Below, in pieces: positions 48,301 to 61,827 of a DNA stretch of 64,000 bases (its first letter is position 1; every line of letters starts with the position of its first letter). A model generated the notes under the pieces. That model had not been told where the DNA came from. It did not search any database and worked only from the letters and a program-made list of their open reading frames with translations. Where the stretch lies: NCBI RefSeq assembly GCF_037042905.1, contig NC_087249.1:7070001-7134000 (forward strand). The letters run 5' to 3'. Both the position numbers and the translations under genes were made by a program. Origin of the DNA: Lytechinus pictus (taxonomy: Eukaryota).

Positions 48301-51300
48301 AATCACTACACCTAAGATATTGAAATATTAAAACATCATGAAGCTTTAATCACAAGCTATCACAAAAGAATATTTGTGAGAACTGACCACTTGGGTTAAA
48401 CAAACATATAATTTCTCTATATTCTTACCATCATCAACCACGATCCCTGTCTCGCTGAATCCAACCTGTGAATTGGCAACTTCCTCTGGTACAACAATGG
48501 TAGCGCTATCACTGCTTGGATCTATCGATGGTGGTATGACAGCTAACAAAGCAAAGGATTTGAGAAATCACAGTTAATACATGTAAAGCTACGTCAAGCA
48601 AACATTCCTTTACGATAAATATTCATGTAAGTTGTAAAAAAAAATTTATAGCTTAAGTTCTACATGTATTTTCCCATTTATAATTGAGTGAACAGTTACA
48701 TTTTAAAACTAATTTGATTAAATAGTTTATTCAAGTAATGCTTGATAGCTAAAGATGCCACCAATCACCATTCATGCTCAAATTTTCTCTCTAAACAACT
48801 TTCATATTGTATTTCACAAAATATTAATAATTCAAAATACATTCAAGTTGAAAGAACATACATTCATACAATTGAAAGATATAATCCATTATATCTTTCT
48901 TTTCAGCAAAGAGATGTGAAATAATTATTCTATAACGATAAGACTCACGTGCATCTGTTCCCATGTACGTGACTGAGGTGATATTGAGTGTGAAGGTCGA
49001 ACCTTGGGCTAAGAACACATCATTGTTTAGAAGGGCTACTTGCTCCTCGCACTGAAATGATACAGGAAAAAGCGAGAGATTTATATCAAATCCAATAAAA
49101 TCTTCATCGTTTTCATTTCGTAGACAAAGATTGACATTGCTGTACTTGTTTCTCACAGGGGGGGGGGGGGGGTTCACAGAGTTACATGTAAGTGTGATTT
49201 ACGGTCACGCCAACATTCCAATATGCAAATTATATCTAACACATACATGTAATCTCATTGAGGAATATGCGTTATCGTACTTATGTCCCCTGGGCATGAG
49301 CTGACCGATGCAGTCAGTGGCGAACTGTGACCCGGAGGAGACAATGATTGGAGGGGCACTGTATTGTTTGTGAACAATGCTGTGCCCCTCCAATGCTTTG
49401 TCTCCTCCGGTCACAGTCCGCCACTGGATGCAGTGATGCATTATTTACCGCACATGAGCAATCACTTGCATACAGATGACAACATGGCTGCAAGGTGCTA
49501 TCTAAATGTAACTCTGTATTTACCTTAATACCTCAAGTAAATACAGGACATCATGTCACGTACACTGTACTCATAAGAAGCACAATATCACTACTACTAT
49601 AAAAAAATTGTATAAAAAACAAAAATGCATTAAGTATCTCACTGAATGTTCAAAATGTCTGATAAATTAAGCAGTAACTGTTTGAATACCTTAAGATATC
49701 ATTTCTGACAAGCTGTAATTTCCTAGATGTAGAGGAACTTACCTGAGTTTGGCCATCTTCACAAAGCACAGATCCACTGCTCGGCACATATGCGCCAGTC
49801 ACACCCTTTAATAAGATAATCATAATTCGAGAAGAATATTTTGAGAGATCATTTCGATACAACAATCATGTATGGGCACTTAAAGTGTGTTCAATGTTGA
49901 CTTTCAAATTTAAACAGCAACATGAATTATGATTGAAAATGCAATTACAAAACTGCTGGGTGTTTCATAAAGCTGTTTGTAAGTTAAGAGCAACTTTAAG
50001 AACTGGTGATCCTTTCTTACACGCTGAATAATCACCAATGAATATTTAATGGTGAATATCATTTACCATAGAAAGGATCACCAGTCGTTCTTAAAGTCAC
50101 TCTTAACTTACAAACAGCTTTATGAAACGGCCCCCAGGCATATAATGAGATACAAAAGGAGTGTTCAATGTCCCCCATTCCTGGTTGTTAAAGTATTAAA
50201 AAATCTTTCAGATCGCCAAACACCAAAAAGAATGTTCTGATTCTGATCAATTATTTTTGTTATAATGATGTATGGACACTAAAATTTCAAATGATTCATT
50301 CACATGTATTACATACATGACATACTTGCCATCAACTCATGGGCTATTCCATAAAATATGTACTTCTAACCCCATATAATTGGGGCCTTTCTGAAATAGT
50401 TCATCGCTGTTTTTTTTAGTTCTTATAAAATATGCAAATGCTTCAAAATGATCATGACTTGGGCAGTTTATGAAGAGAAGTATGAATGGGGAAAAATGGT
50501 AGCCAGATATCAAAAACAATATTTTTTAATGGAATAAATGTTTGTAAGCAAATATTCCCCCCCCCCTTTCCAATATCCATCCTCATCCATACCCCTTCCC
50601 CAAATCTCTAATTCTCTCTTTACCCCTTTCCTGGTCTCGTCTCTATCTCTGTCTCCTAGTAATGTCTGCAATTCAAAACATCTCTCTAACAAACTACTTT
50701 CACCACTAATCATAATCCTTGCTCACATGTTACATACATTACATACTGTACATTCTTCTCTTTAATCCCCTCTCCCACACTTTCAAACCCCTTTCACATT
50801 TTTATCTTTACCTAATTTGATTTAATTATTTCATAGCCTTCAGTTTCTCCAAATGAGACTTACAGAGGGAGGTGGGGGAAGAAAAAAGGGAAAAGGATAA
50901 ATAAATATGCACTTTCTAGCCCATGAAATGAAACAAGGGAAAAATGAAAGGGAAAACATAGGAAAAAGAGTGGCTTGGCCCATTCACACTCACATCATTA
51001 TACTGGAGTTGGTAACCAATCTGAACGGCTCCAACTGTACCAGCTGACCTGTCAACGGTGAGTTGAAGACGACGTCTGTTGTTACGAGCCAAGACGATGG
51101 TCTGCCTATCATCATTCACACTGAAGATACCATGAGGATCATCATTAGCACTAGAAAACAAGACAGAAAATCAATGTAAGTGAGATCTGTGAAATATGAA
51201 CAATCCCCCGCCTTCCCGGTTCCAAAAAACATAAAATTCCAAGACTCTTTAATCACATGCAGCATTCAACTTGCAGTAAAAATGTGCTCCCAATAACCGT

Positions 51301-54300
51301 GGAGACCCAAATTTGTGACGCTCAGGTATGCGACTTCAAAATCATGCAACATGTTGTGAATTTGTGCCTGGCCAAAAATCGCTTAAAGACTGAAATTTCC
51401 TACCACAAATCCAATGCAAATTCTGTTTCTAGCAAAATTCCCGGATGTATCGTTATTTTTACTTTTTACTGATTAAAATTGATTAATTTCAAGATGATAA
51501 TGATCCAAATGATAATAATAATAGCTGGATTTATGAAGCGCTTTTTGCCTGAGGATACAAAACGCTGCTATTATTACCCCGGCTTTTGCTCGAGCTACCA
51601 TCACCGGCGCTCAGTGCATGCAAGGAATTACTCCTGTCGGGTACCCATTCACCTCACCTGGGTCGAGTGCAGCACAGTGTGGATAAATTTCTTGCTGAAG
51701 AAAAACACGCCATGGCTAGGATTAGAACCCATGACCCTCTGTTTCAAAGGCGAGAGTCGGAACCACTAGACCATGACGCACCAACCATGATTTCAATTGA
51801 AAAAAGAAAGAAAGAAAGAAAAGAAATAAAAATACAAAGAAATACATAGAAAATGTCAAATAAAAAGACATATTTTTTCTCACTTGACATAAAACTCAGA
51901 CGTATGGAGGACAGGGTCAATCTCTGCACCCCCATCGGCAGAAACAAGGGTAACAGTGAACCCCTCTTCAAGCTCCGGTAGGGCATCAGGGAGTACCTCA
52001 AGAAGGATGGATGCGGTAGCAATGCTCTCAGGGAACTCAACAGTGCCGTTGGTAGGTGATATGTCAGATGGCATGGGTCTGCCCAAGGAATCCCTTACAT
52101 TCCAGTAAACCTGTATAGTATGGAAATAGAAGGAAATTATTATATCTTTAATTCTCACCTGTACCTCCAATCATTCCCTCATGCCTGCTGAGTGGGAAAG
52201 CCACCTTCTGAGGAGGGCTACCCTCATCATCATCATCATCAGTAAACTCATCATTTTAATCAACACAATTCTTCTACTATTCCTCCTCCTCCACATCATT
52301 ATCATCAACGCTTTCACCATCCCAACCACCACCACCATTACTATCATCATAATTATCATCATCGTCACCATCATCACCACCACCACCATTATTCTCATCA
52401 CCACCATCATCATCATCATTACCATCACCATCACCACCTCCACCACCGCCACCACCACCACCATTATCATTATCATCATCATCATCGTCATCATCATCAT
52501 CATCATCATCATCACCAAAACCATCACCAATACCATCATCATCATCACCATCATCACATCATCATCACAACCACCACCACCACGATCACTACCATCATCA
52601 TCACCCCCATCCTTATCATCCAATCTCACCCGTATGTCTCCTATCAGTCCCTCTCGTCTGCTGAGTGGAAAGGCAACCTTCTGAGACGGGCTGCCATCGG
52701 ACGGCTCATCAAAGTATCGAGGCTGCACAGATTCTGCGGTGAACTGAACTATTCCATTAGGGTCTCCATGCTTCAAAACCTATGTATGTTAAAATTGATT
52801 CTAAATGAGTCAGTACCACTGCCTGTTATTACATGATACCACATGCCAAATAATTGAATTACATTAGACTTTTTAGTTCTCACCCCGGACAAATAAAGTT
52901 AGTGTGTTAACAGGACCACATTGAGCCTGCAGATAATGTACTTATATAACTATGAGCCACAACAACCACTGGAACCTCTCTGCTTTCCATGTTGACTTGT
53001 CTGCAGACTTCATCTGCTCTGTCCCGCCGTTAATCTTCTCTCAAAAGTGAATTAATATTGGTAAATTGTGTAAAATGCTGCCTTTACAGGTGGTTTGAGC
53101 ACATACATGTATTGATGCATACAAAAGGCTTAACAAACTACACTGTACCTCTTGAAATGAAAAAAAATAAATGAAAGACTTACAGTAAGCATAGCCTGCC
53201 TTCGTCCATTGTCAATCTCTCCTGTACTGACAAGCTGGTATATCTCTACTAAAAACACCTCTTCCACTTCAGGTCCTACATATGACTTGACCTGAAGGTC
53301 AAAGGTCCTTGCCCCTCTTTGACCTGGGCCAAAGGTCACTGACCCCTGGAGGAAGCCGCCTGGGGTGGAGATATCATCGGTCGTTTGAAGGATGGAGTCT
53401 GTGTTGGGACCAAGTATCCTCCAGCGAACCTGCCAACATGACAATAAGGAATATATGGATTATATAAATATATATGCCTTGCAATCAGTGAATCGTGTGT
53501 TCGAATCCCATCACAACCTAGCGTCCTTTGGCAAGGCGTCAATCGACACTTTGCCACTCTCCACCAAGGTGTTGAATGGGTACCCGGTAGGATGCGAAAG
53601 TCTATGTCGCATGCCTAGCAATCGAGTCTCGGAACTCTTTTTTTAAAGCTCCCCAGGGAGTGGGGAAAGTGCATACATTGTGTGCAGGAATACCAGGATC
53701 TGATGACCATGGCCTTTAACCCTATCTTAACTGGGCTATTTCGGACCAGTATATACTGGGGGGGGGGGTCAAATTGACCCCCCCCCCTTGGCCGCTGATT
53801 GCGCAATCGCCGCGAAAATTTGCACGAGCGTAGAGCCGGATGTAAACTACAAGACTGTATAGAAAAATTTTCAAAATATTAATTGTTTATATTTTTTTAT
53901 TCATTAATTATGCAAATAAGCGTATGAAATTTGCCCTAAATTTGGGTTTTTGTGTATGTTTTTGCCTTTAACTCAATTTATATAACTAGAAGAATGCTAA
54001 TTTTTGGTGGGAGTATCAATTATTACATTTCCAACAAATATCTACAAAAAATTGCAAAAATATGATTAATTTCTTATGTATTTTGTTTTTTAAATTCTTA
54101 TGTATTTCTTTGTTTTTTCAAACCTTTGTTTTTTATTGTTTTTTCCGATGAACTTTGTCAGGGACCCTTTTGCGATCATAAATAGCATAAAATAAATCCT
54201 TTAAAACCAACAAAAGTGAAAATAATCATACATTTATGATTTTTGGTTGAAAAACACAATTTGCATTGACTTTGAGCAATTTCGGATCTGACATGCACTT

Positions 54301-57300
54301 ACAAAATGTTGCGTAATTTCGGAACCACGTACCCGGGCGTCGCAAATTTGGTCTCAAAAGATGCGCAAGACTTGAAAGTAAAAAGTCAGTGAGCGATGCG
54401 GTAAAAAAAATTGGCGCGACGGCGTAGTGACAAAATTTGTTGAGGGGGGGTCAAATTGACCCCCCCCCCAGTTTAATAAGGGTTAATGTCATAAATACAG
54501 TGATCTAAGGTGGTGCTGCAGGGACATTTTTGCAATCAATTACAAATTTCTGAAGCAAAATAACAATCAAATTATCAGTTGTAACCAGAGGAAATTGATT
54601 TATACTACTTGATGCAAGAAGACTAGCAATCAAGTGCAAATGTGACCAGCAAGTAGCACTGCTCGATTCTGTATTGTTTGTTTTTACTACATGTATGTAT
54701 AAAAGTCATTTATGATTGTATCATGATTTGGTCAAATAAATAATAATAATTAATTGCCATATTTAAGATTGATTTTTGGACTAAAAATTTAATTGCAAAT
54801 TGATTGCAAGTTTCTTGCAATTCCCCAATAGTTGCATAACGACTATCTCATCCTGCTGAGTAGATGTTCACAGAATAAGCTTCGATTGGAAGAGCCTTTC
54901 ACAAACTTCTATTTCTAAAAACAGCATCTTACCTCCGTTCCGACCAAATACTGATCCAGCCCTCCAGAGAGTTCTATGGTGAAGGTCAAATCCCTGTCAT
55001 TAGGAGGATTAGCAATCACCCTGTCCAGGTTGGACAAGGTGAAGCCGATCAGACCATCAGGGCCATCGCTCTTCGATATCACCACCGTCGCCGTGAGGTT
55101 ACCCCCGAGGAGGGCGCCCCCTTCCGTTCCCGTCAGCCGGATGTTGAAAGACTCGGAGAACTCCTTGAGGGTGTCGTCGATGATGGTGACAGGGATGAAG
55201 GCTTCGGATTGCCCGTCGGACAGGGTGATCTTGCCGCTGGTCAGGAGGAAATCGACACCCCCAGGTGTGGCATCCAGGGGCTCTACCTCGAAGGACACGC
55301 TGATCAGACCAAAGTTACCAGCACTGCGGATTACAGGAATCATGGCTGTACCTACGTCCTCTTGGACTGTAACACAAAACAAAGGGTATTAATAGTTTAT
55401 ACATCTGGGGCTTGTTTCATAAAGCTGTTCGTAAGTTACGAATGACTTTACACGAGACTGGTGACCATTTCTTGTGCTATGTGATACCCCTGTGTAACTG
55501 ACTTAGTGCCTAAGAACAGGTTCCAGTCGTGCGTAAAGTTGTGCCTAACTTTATGAACAGCTTATGAAACACCACCCAGGTGTGGTTTCAAGAAAATTCA
55601 TGTATACAGAGTCCTGAAGATCCTTAAACCTTGAAGAGTAATCCCTTTCAGCAGCTTCAAAGCTATCCTGTGTAAAGGGGTAGATTGATTGAACCACAGC
55701 AGTTAAGGATTCAGGAAGTACAGTAGCTTATAGGCAAAATCAAGATAGAATTCTTCACTCGTATTACTTCCAATACAATGTGCATTTGGCAGGAATGGAT
55801 TGTTGTAAATATTCTAGCATCTTTACGCATCTTGGTGGGGGAGGGGAGAAGTGAAGGAATTGGGAGAAAAGAGATGAGGGGCAGGAGAAGGACAAAGAGA
55901 AAGAAGAGATGGGAGAAGACAGAGAGAAAAGAGAGGAAAAAGTAGAGTGTAGAATGGAGGAGGAAGGAAGAGAATGGATAAATAGAAGAATAAGAGGAGG
56001 AAGAGAAGGAGGGAGAGGATGAGGAAACTGTCTCATCTCACCTTCGTACAGAGACTTGCTAAAGTCGATGATCCCTTCTGCATTATCATTAGCACCAATA
56101 AGAATAGTCTTTACAGACAGGGAACCAAGCGATGGCTGCATGTCAGGCTGGAAGCCATTGACCGGTGTATAATCAACATTTCTGAAAGGATAAAACAGAA
56201 CTAAAATATTTACAAAAAAATACACAAGGTGTCCTTATTGAGTGGTCTAAGGTACCCCATAAGAGACAGTTGAGTCATAGGTCCGTATTATGAAATGTTG
56301 TGAATCTTTAAGCATGGCCTTTTAGGACTTTCCTCTCTCAAAATCATTTTCAACGTACAAGCTAATCAACTACATGTATGTTACCATAGAAATCACAAAT
56401 GTGTCATGTATGAAATCCTACAATACAAAACTTAACTTTCATTATGATAAATTATATTATTGGTCATTCGATTATAATTACACTGAATAACATGTTCATC
56501 ATTAACTTCAGAAAATAATGCAATTAATCTACGATGATATTTTCCTATCAAATTCACATTCAAGCAACACACACTGATTACAAGCAGATAAAGATATCTA
56601 AGCCAAATAAAACTTTCTTTTTCTACTGCAGAGTCTTGGTTTCATGAACTATATCTTCCAACAAGCATATTTCAAGACAGCAGTACACTTGGTAAGAATA
56701 GAAAAATGCAAAGTCAGCGACTTACGTTGGTGTAAGGAGACGAACGTCAGTGATGTTGAGCCAGAACGCCTCTGGTCCTTCCGGAATATCATCGTCAAGT
56801 ATTGCAATGGTGACGTCCAGGCTGTCAACCCCCTCTGAGAAGGTCAAGGCTCCGGTCGAGGGTGCAAAGTCCACCCCCTCCTGGGCGGTGTAAGGGGTAG
56901 TGGTGTAGGAGACTTGGACAGAGCCAAAGATGCCTGCATTTCGCACGATGGGTATGGATACCTGGTTTAAGATGATGAGGAGGGGTTATAAAAGGGAGTT
57001 ATCTAAAATTGATAACAAAGAAGCCTTGTGTCTATTCAAACATCCGTAGAGATATTTCTCTCTTGTCCTCATTCACTAATTTCTTTGTTATTTAGTTTTT
57101 CATCTCTCTTTCTATCTCATCCTTTTCAGAAGACAAACTTCATATCTACCCCATACAATGCCCTTACAAACATTAGCTCAAGATCCAAAACTCATGATGA
57201 CAAAGAGGTTAGCTCCCTTAAACCCTCGAAAAAGACTTTTCATCGATCATTTGCTTCAAATCTTCTTTGTCTCTTTGCCTTCTATTCGCATTACATTAAC

Positions 57301-60300
57301 AATTTTCCAAGGACTAGATCATACATCAAACTGGATTGAAATGGAACTACAAACTGGTCTATTGGATAAAAAATATAGTAGGATTACATTACATAGGATG
57401 AGACCAGATAGGTTTTACACAAAGAAGGTTTATTTGTCTAGTAAGTGACAGTTAACCATCCTTGCAAACTTAATCTTACCAAATTCTGTTCCTCACTGAT
57501 GGTGACCTCGGAGGGCAGGTCAAACTCAAAAACACCAAAGGGGTTGTCACTGGCTACCATGACGATGGTTGCCTGGTTACCACCGGAGGTGGAGTCAATG
57601 GAGGCACCTCCTGTGACCGAGGCCAGGACTAACGTGTAGGTGGTCCTCAACTCTGGGATAGAGTCGTCCTGGGTCTAGATGTAATAGGAAGTATGACGGC
57701 GTAAAAATTAGAAAGTTCATTCATGCGATCTTACTCCAATGAGTGCATGTCGAAAAGCTTCAGTATGTCCCTTTTAAGGCTATTTTTACGATTTTGCGGT
57801 ATCAAAGTTTATTTTTTAGAAAGGCAAAGTATCTGAGCTTTCACATTCCTTTTGTGCCTAGGAACAAAATCTTTTCAATAAAATCTTACACAAAGGATAA
57901 CTCTCTCCATACCCTCAAGAAAAATTACAAGTTACATGTGAAAACAATGTGTCCCAAGCAATTGACTTTTTACATTTCAAATCAATCACAAACTTAAGGT
58001 TTTAGCCAAAACTCGAATAGGGACCTTACCTGTACAGTGATAGTAGCATTCTGTTGCCTGTCTCTGAAAACAATCTGTCCGGAGGTTTCAAGGAAGGCAT
58101 TATCACCAGTCGGAGAGATCTGCCAGTTGACACTCACCTCACCAAAGATTCCTGCACCGCGAGTCAACCTGACAGTTAATGTATTAAAGATAATGGAATC
58201 ATAAGGATTGGTATTCTCGTTTAGGCATGAAGTCTAGGGGAGCATTTCATCAACATTTTTGTCCGACAAGTTGTCAGACCTGGGCCCCGTCTTACAAAGA
58301 GTTACGTTTGATTCAATCAATTGAACTCTATGGAAATCCATCAGTGTCATATATTTTTTTCTACAGGAAATTAGCAAAATTTCCTTTGTAAACAAAGGCA
58401 AACACACCAAATTATCAAGACAATAATGAATTTATGAATATACATCATATCTACATGTAGAAAACATTTTGAACTATCATGCATTTTAGATGTTGACTTT
58501 GCTGGCATTCCATAGTTGAGATCGATCAGATCAATCGCAACTCTTTTTAAGACGGGGCCCAGATAAGTCCAGGGGAGCGTTTCATCAGCATTTTTGTCCG
58601 ACAAGTTGTCAGATCTGACATCTCTCCTTGATTTTGATTGGCTGAGAAGCACTTTTACTATGGTAACTGTCAGATAAAATGGAACTTGTCGGATAAAACA
58701 TTCCTTTCATGAAACACTCCCAAAGCTAAAACAAAATATTTAGTTCTCACTCTCATCTTAATATCCTTATCATAAAATGAGGAGCAAGAGCAAATGCCGA
58801 GCTCTTAGTGAGCAAAAAGTGCTCACTCTCATCTCAATATCCTTATCATAAAATAAGGAGCAAGAGTAAATGCCAAGCTCATGGTGAGCAAAAACAGTTT
58901 AAGTATAAAAGAAAGGATAATCAAGTATGACTGATTGACTCACTGTATGATGGCCTGCCCGTTGTATCCCTGCATGGGTTCGCTAATCAAGATATTCCTG
59001 GAGTCAGGTAAGATGCTGACCATACCGGCTGAATCCGGATTGGCAAGAATTACCACAGAAGCTGTCCCTGCATTATCAAGAAGACAACATGATTTGTTTA
59101 AATATATTGCACAATAAAATGTGTCCACTGGAATTACATCAAATATAATTTTAAAGTTTAAAAGAAATTTGCGACTTTGAGAGCTACAGTGTATACTTCT
59201 ATGTCCTAGTGTATGGCATATAGCAGGGGCGGATCCAGGATTTTCCAGGGGGCACATTTTCCCGGAAATTTGACAAGCAAAGAAAAAAGTTTTTTTACCA
59301 AAAATTGAAGATCATTTTGTTAACGTAAAATTTGACATGCATAAAAAAAAGGTCCTCATTTGTGTATGAACGACATACTCCCATTATTGACTTGCATGAC
59401 TTATTGCTTATTGACTTGGCTCCCATGAATGGACTTACCATATACAGGGGAGATCTCGGCATCGACGGTAGCCGAGATGAGGGAAAGAGTAAAACGTTCT
59501 TCTCCTTCCAGTATATTGTCTTGGATTGCTTCTAGTATGATGGACTTCCTCGCATCACCCTGGAGATAAAAAAAAACAAATCCATGTAATGATATGAAAC
59601 AATAATGGAAACTGTATCATTGCACAAAGAGGTCTTGGTAATGATTGATAAAAGGGTTTATATTATAAGCTGCTGAATTCTGCGCATCTTATTGGCTAAG
59701 AGCAAGACTGTCGGTTGAAATCATGGACAAGACTTTTCATGAAACTCATTTGATAGATCAGGGAACATTTTTTTTTTCACTTCTCATATTGGCAACACTC
59801 ATTCCTTATTCTCATAAATCGTAAAACTAAATTGAAAATGAAAATATCATAGGTTGAGTAGTCTCACCCAGGTGCTAATTGGGTACCGGTAGGAAACAAC
59901 CGTCATTGTGGTTGGTTTAGCAAGTGTGCGCCTAACAGGCTGCTAAAAAGCTATGGACCCAGTGACCGGGTAATAATTGTGAAGCGCTTTGAGCAGTCAT
60001 ACATATAAAAGCCAATTATTATTATTATCATTAGTCCATAAAGTGAAGTAAAAATTGAGAAAAATTGGGGTATACTATTCCATTTCTCAGTAGTAAACAG
60101 GTAATACAAACTTTCACGATAATCATCGCATATCAAGAGTAAAAAATGAAATTTAAAAAATGCCAAGCTACACATGCAAAAAAGGGCTACACGTACATAC
60201 TCACATTGCTTTCAAAATATAGAACTTGTAACAAGTTATCAGACTTAAAATGCTCATATTCGATGTACATGTAAGATCGTTACCTGTTGAAAGAAGAGTG

Positions 60301-61795
60301 ATCCAGACGATGGGGTAAGGTCCATTCTTCCTGCTGCTTCTACCTCCCATCTCACATCAATGTTCCCTTGGGTGCCCTGGGTTCTCTCTACGGTGAAAGT
60401 CACAGGACCGCCAGACTCAGAGACACTCTCCTGCAACAAGAACAAGTTTAGACATAAAGAATACTGTCAAATATGGAAAGGATGGTACACAGTGCAACAA
60501 ACTTTAATCCCAGATAGTACACAGTGTCTTGGATTTTATCTACAGTGAAAGTCACAGGACCACCAGACTCAGAGACACTCTCCCACAACAAGAAAAAGGT
60601 TTAGACATTAAGGCCCGTATTCTGAACTCGGGTTTAAATTAAACCCTGGTTTAAAGTTGTGGTTTAACTATGGAGAGCATATTGGGCCACAAATCTCTAT
60701 TACATGTAGTACATGTTAAATCTATTAACTCTTATGACATTCATATCATTTACATGTATAACTGTCTCAGAATGATAACTGAAATATTTTCTTCATTATG
60801 AAAGCAAAGGGAAACAAAATAGTAGATATAAGACATATACAATACAGGCAGAACTATTAAGTTTTTGGCTTCCCATAATTTTAGCACAGAGTTAGACCGT
60901 AGTCCAAGTTAAACCTGACTTCAGAATACGGGCCTAAGAATACTGTCAAATATGGATAGGATGGTACACAGTGCAACAAACTTTCATTCCAGATAGTACA
61001 CAGGGTCTTTAGATCTCTCAACGATGAAAATCACAATAATACCAGACTCAGAGACACTATCCTGCGCAACCAAGATTCTGTTGCTGACACTTATTTAATG
61101 TTACATGTACCCTCAAGGCCAGTCAGTATTGTTCTTACATGGATGAGGCATTTTCGAGACAAGATACAAATGCGTAATTTGCATGTCTATTTGATTCACT
61201 TAACACAAAATATATCACAATGACCCAGCAAACAATATGCAAACAGTGTTTATTTATATCATGTATATTTCTCTAAGCAACTAAAATTGTAAAGACTTAA
61301 ACTGTGATTAATTTCTTTAATTACTGTACCTGTGTAAAAGCAAATCCAAACAGACCCTTAGGAGAGTCGTTCTTGAGAATTTTGACGATGACGGACGTCT
61401 CGCTACCCAGAACAGCGCCCCCAGCTGGGCTGTGAAGGGATACTGTGAATCTCTGTTCGGTGGAAATAATCAAATGAATTGTAGGGTTACTTTAAACAAT
61501 GTAACTCAATACAAACGCCATCATCATTGTCATTATCAAAAATACTAGCATCATCTTCATCAACATCCTCATCATCATCACTATCACAACCACATCCATT
61601 ATCATCACATCATCATCATAATCATCATCACCATCATCAACATCATCATCATCATCATCTCTATCATCATCATCATAATCACCACCATCATCGTCATCAT
61701 CATCACCGTCATCACCGTCATCATTGTCATCATTGTCATCATCGTCGTCATCGTCATCATCATCATCATCATCATCATCACCACCACCACCACCA

Positions 61796-61827
<32 letters not shown>

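Noticed and set aside
54976..55392. Plus-strand ORFs opposite ADGRV1 exons (also 41243, 21578, 62946)
   Set aside because: Antisense shadows of GC-richer coding exons, with no independent motifs or splice structure.
58746..58895. About 78-bp direct tandem duplication
   Set aside because: Purely intronic two-copy duplication with no exon or splice-site content; ordinary.
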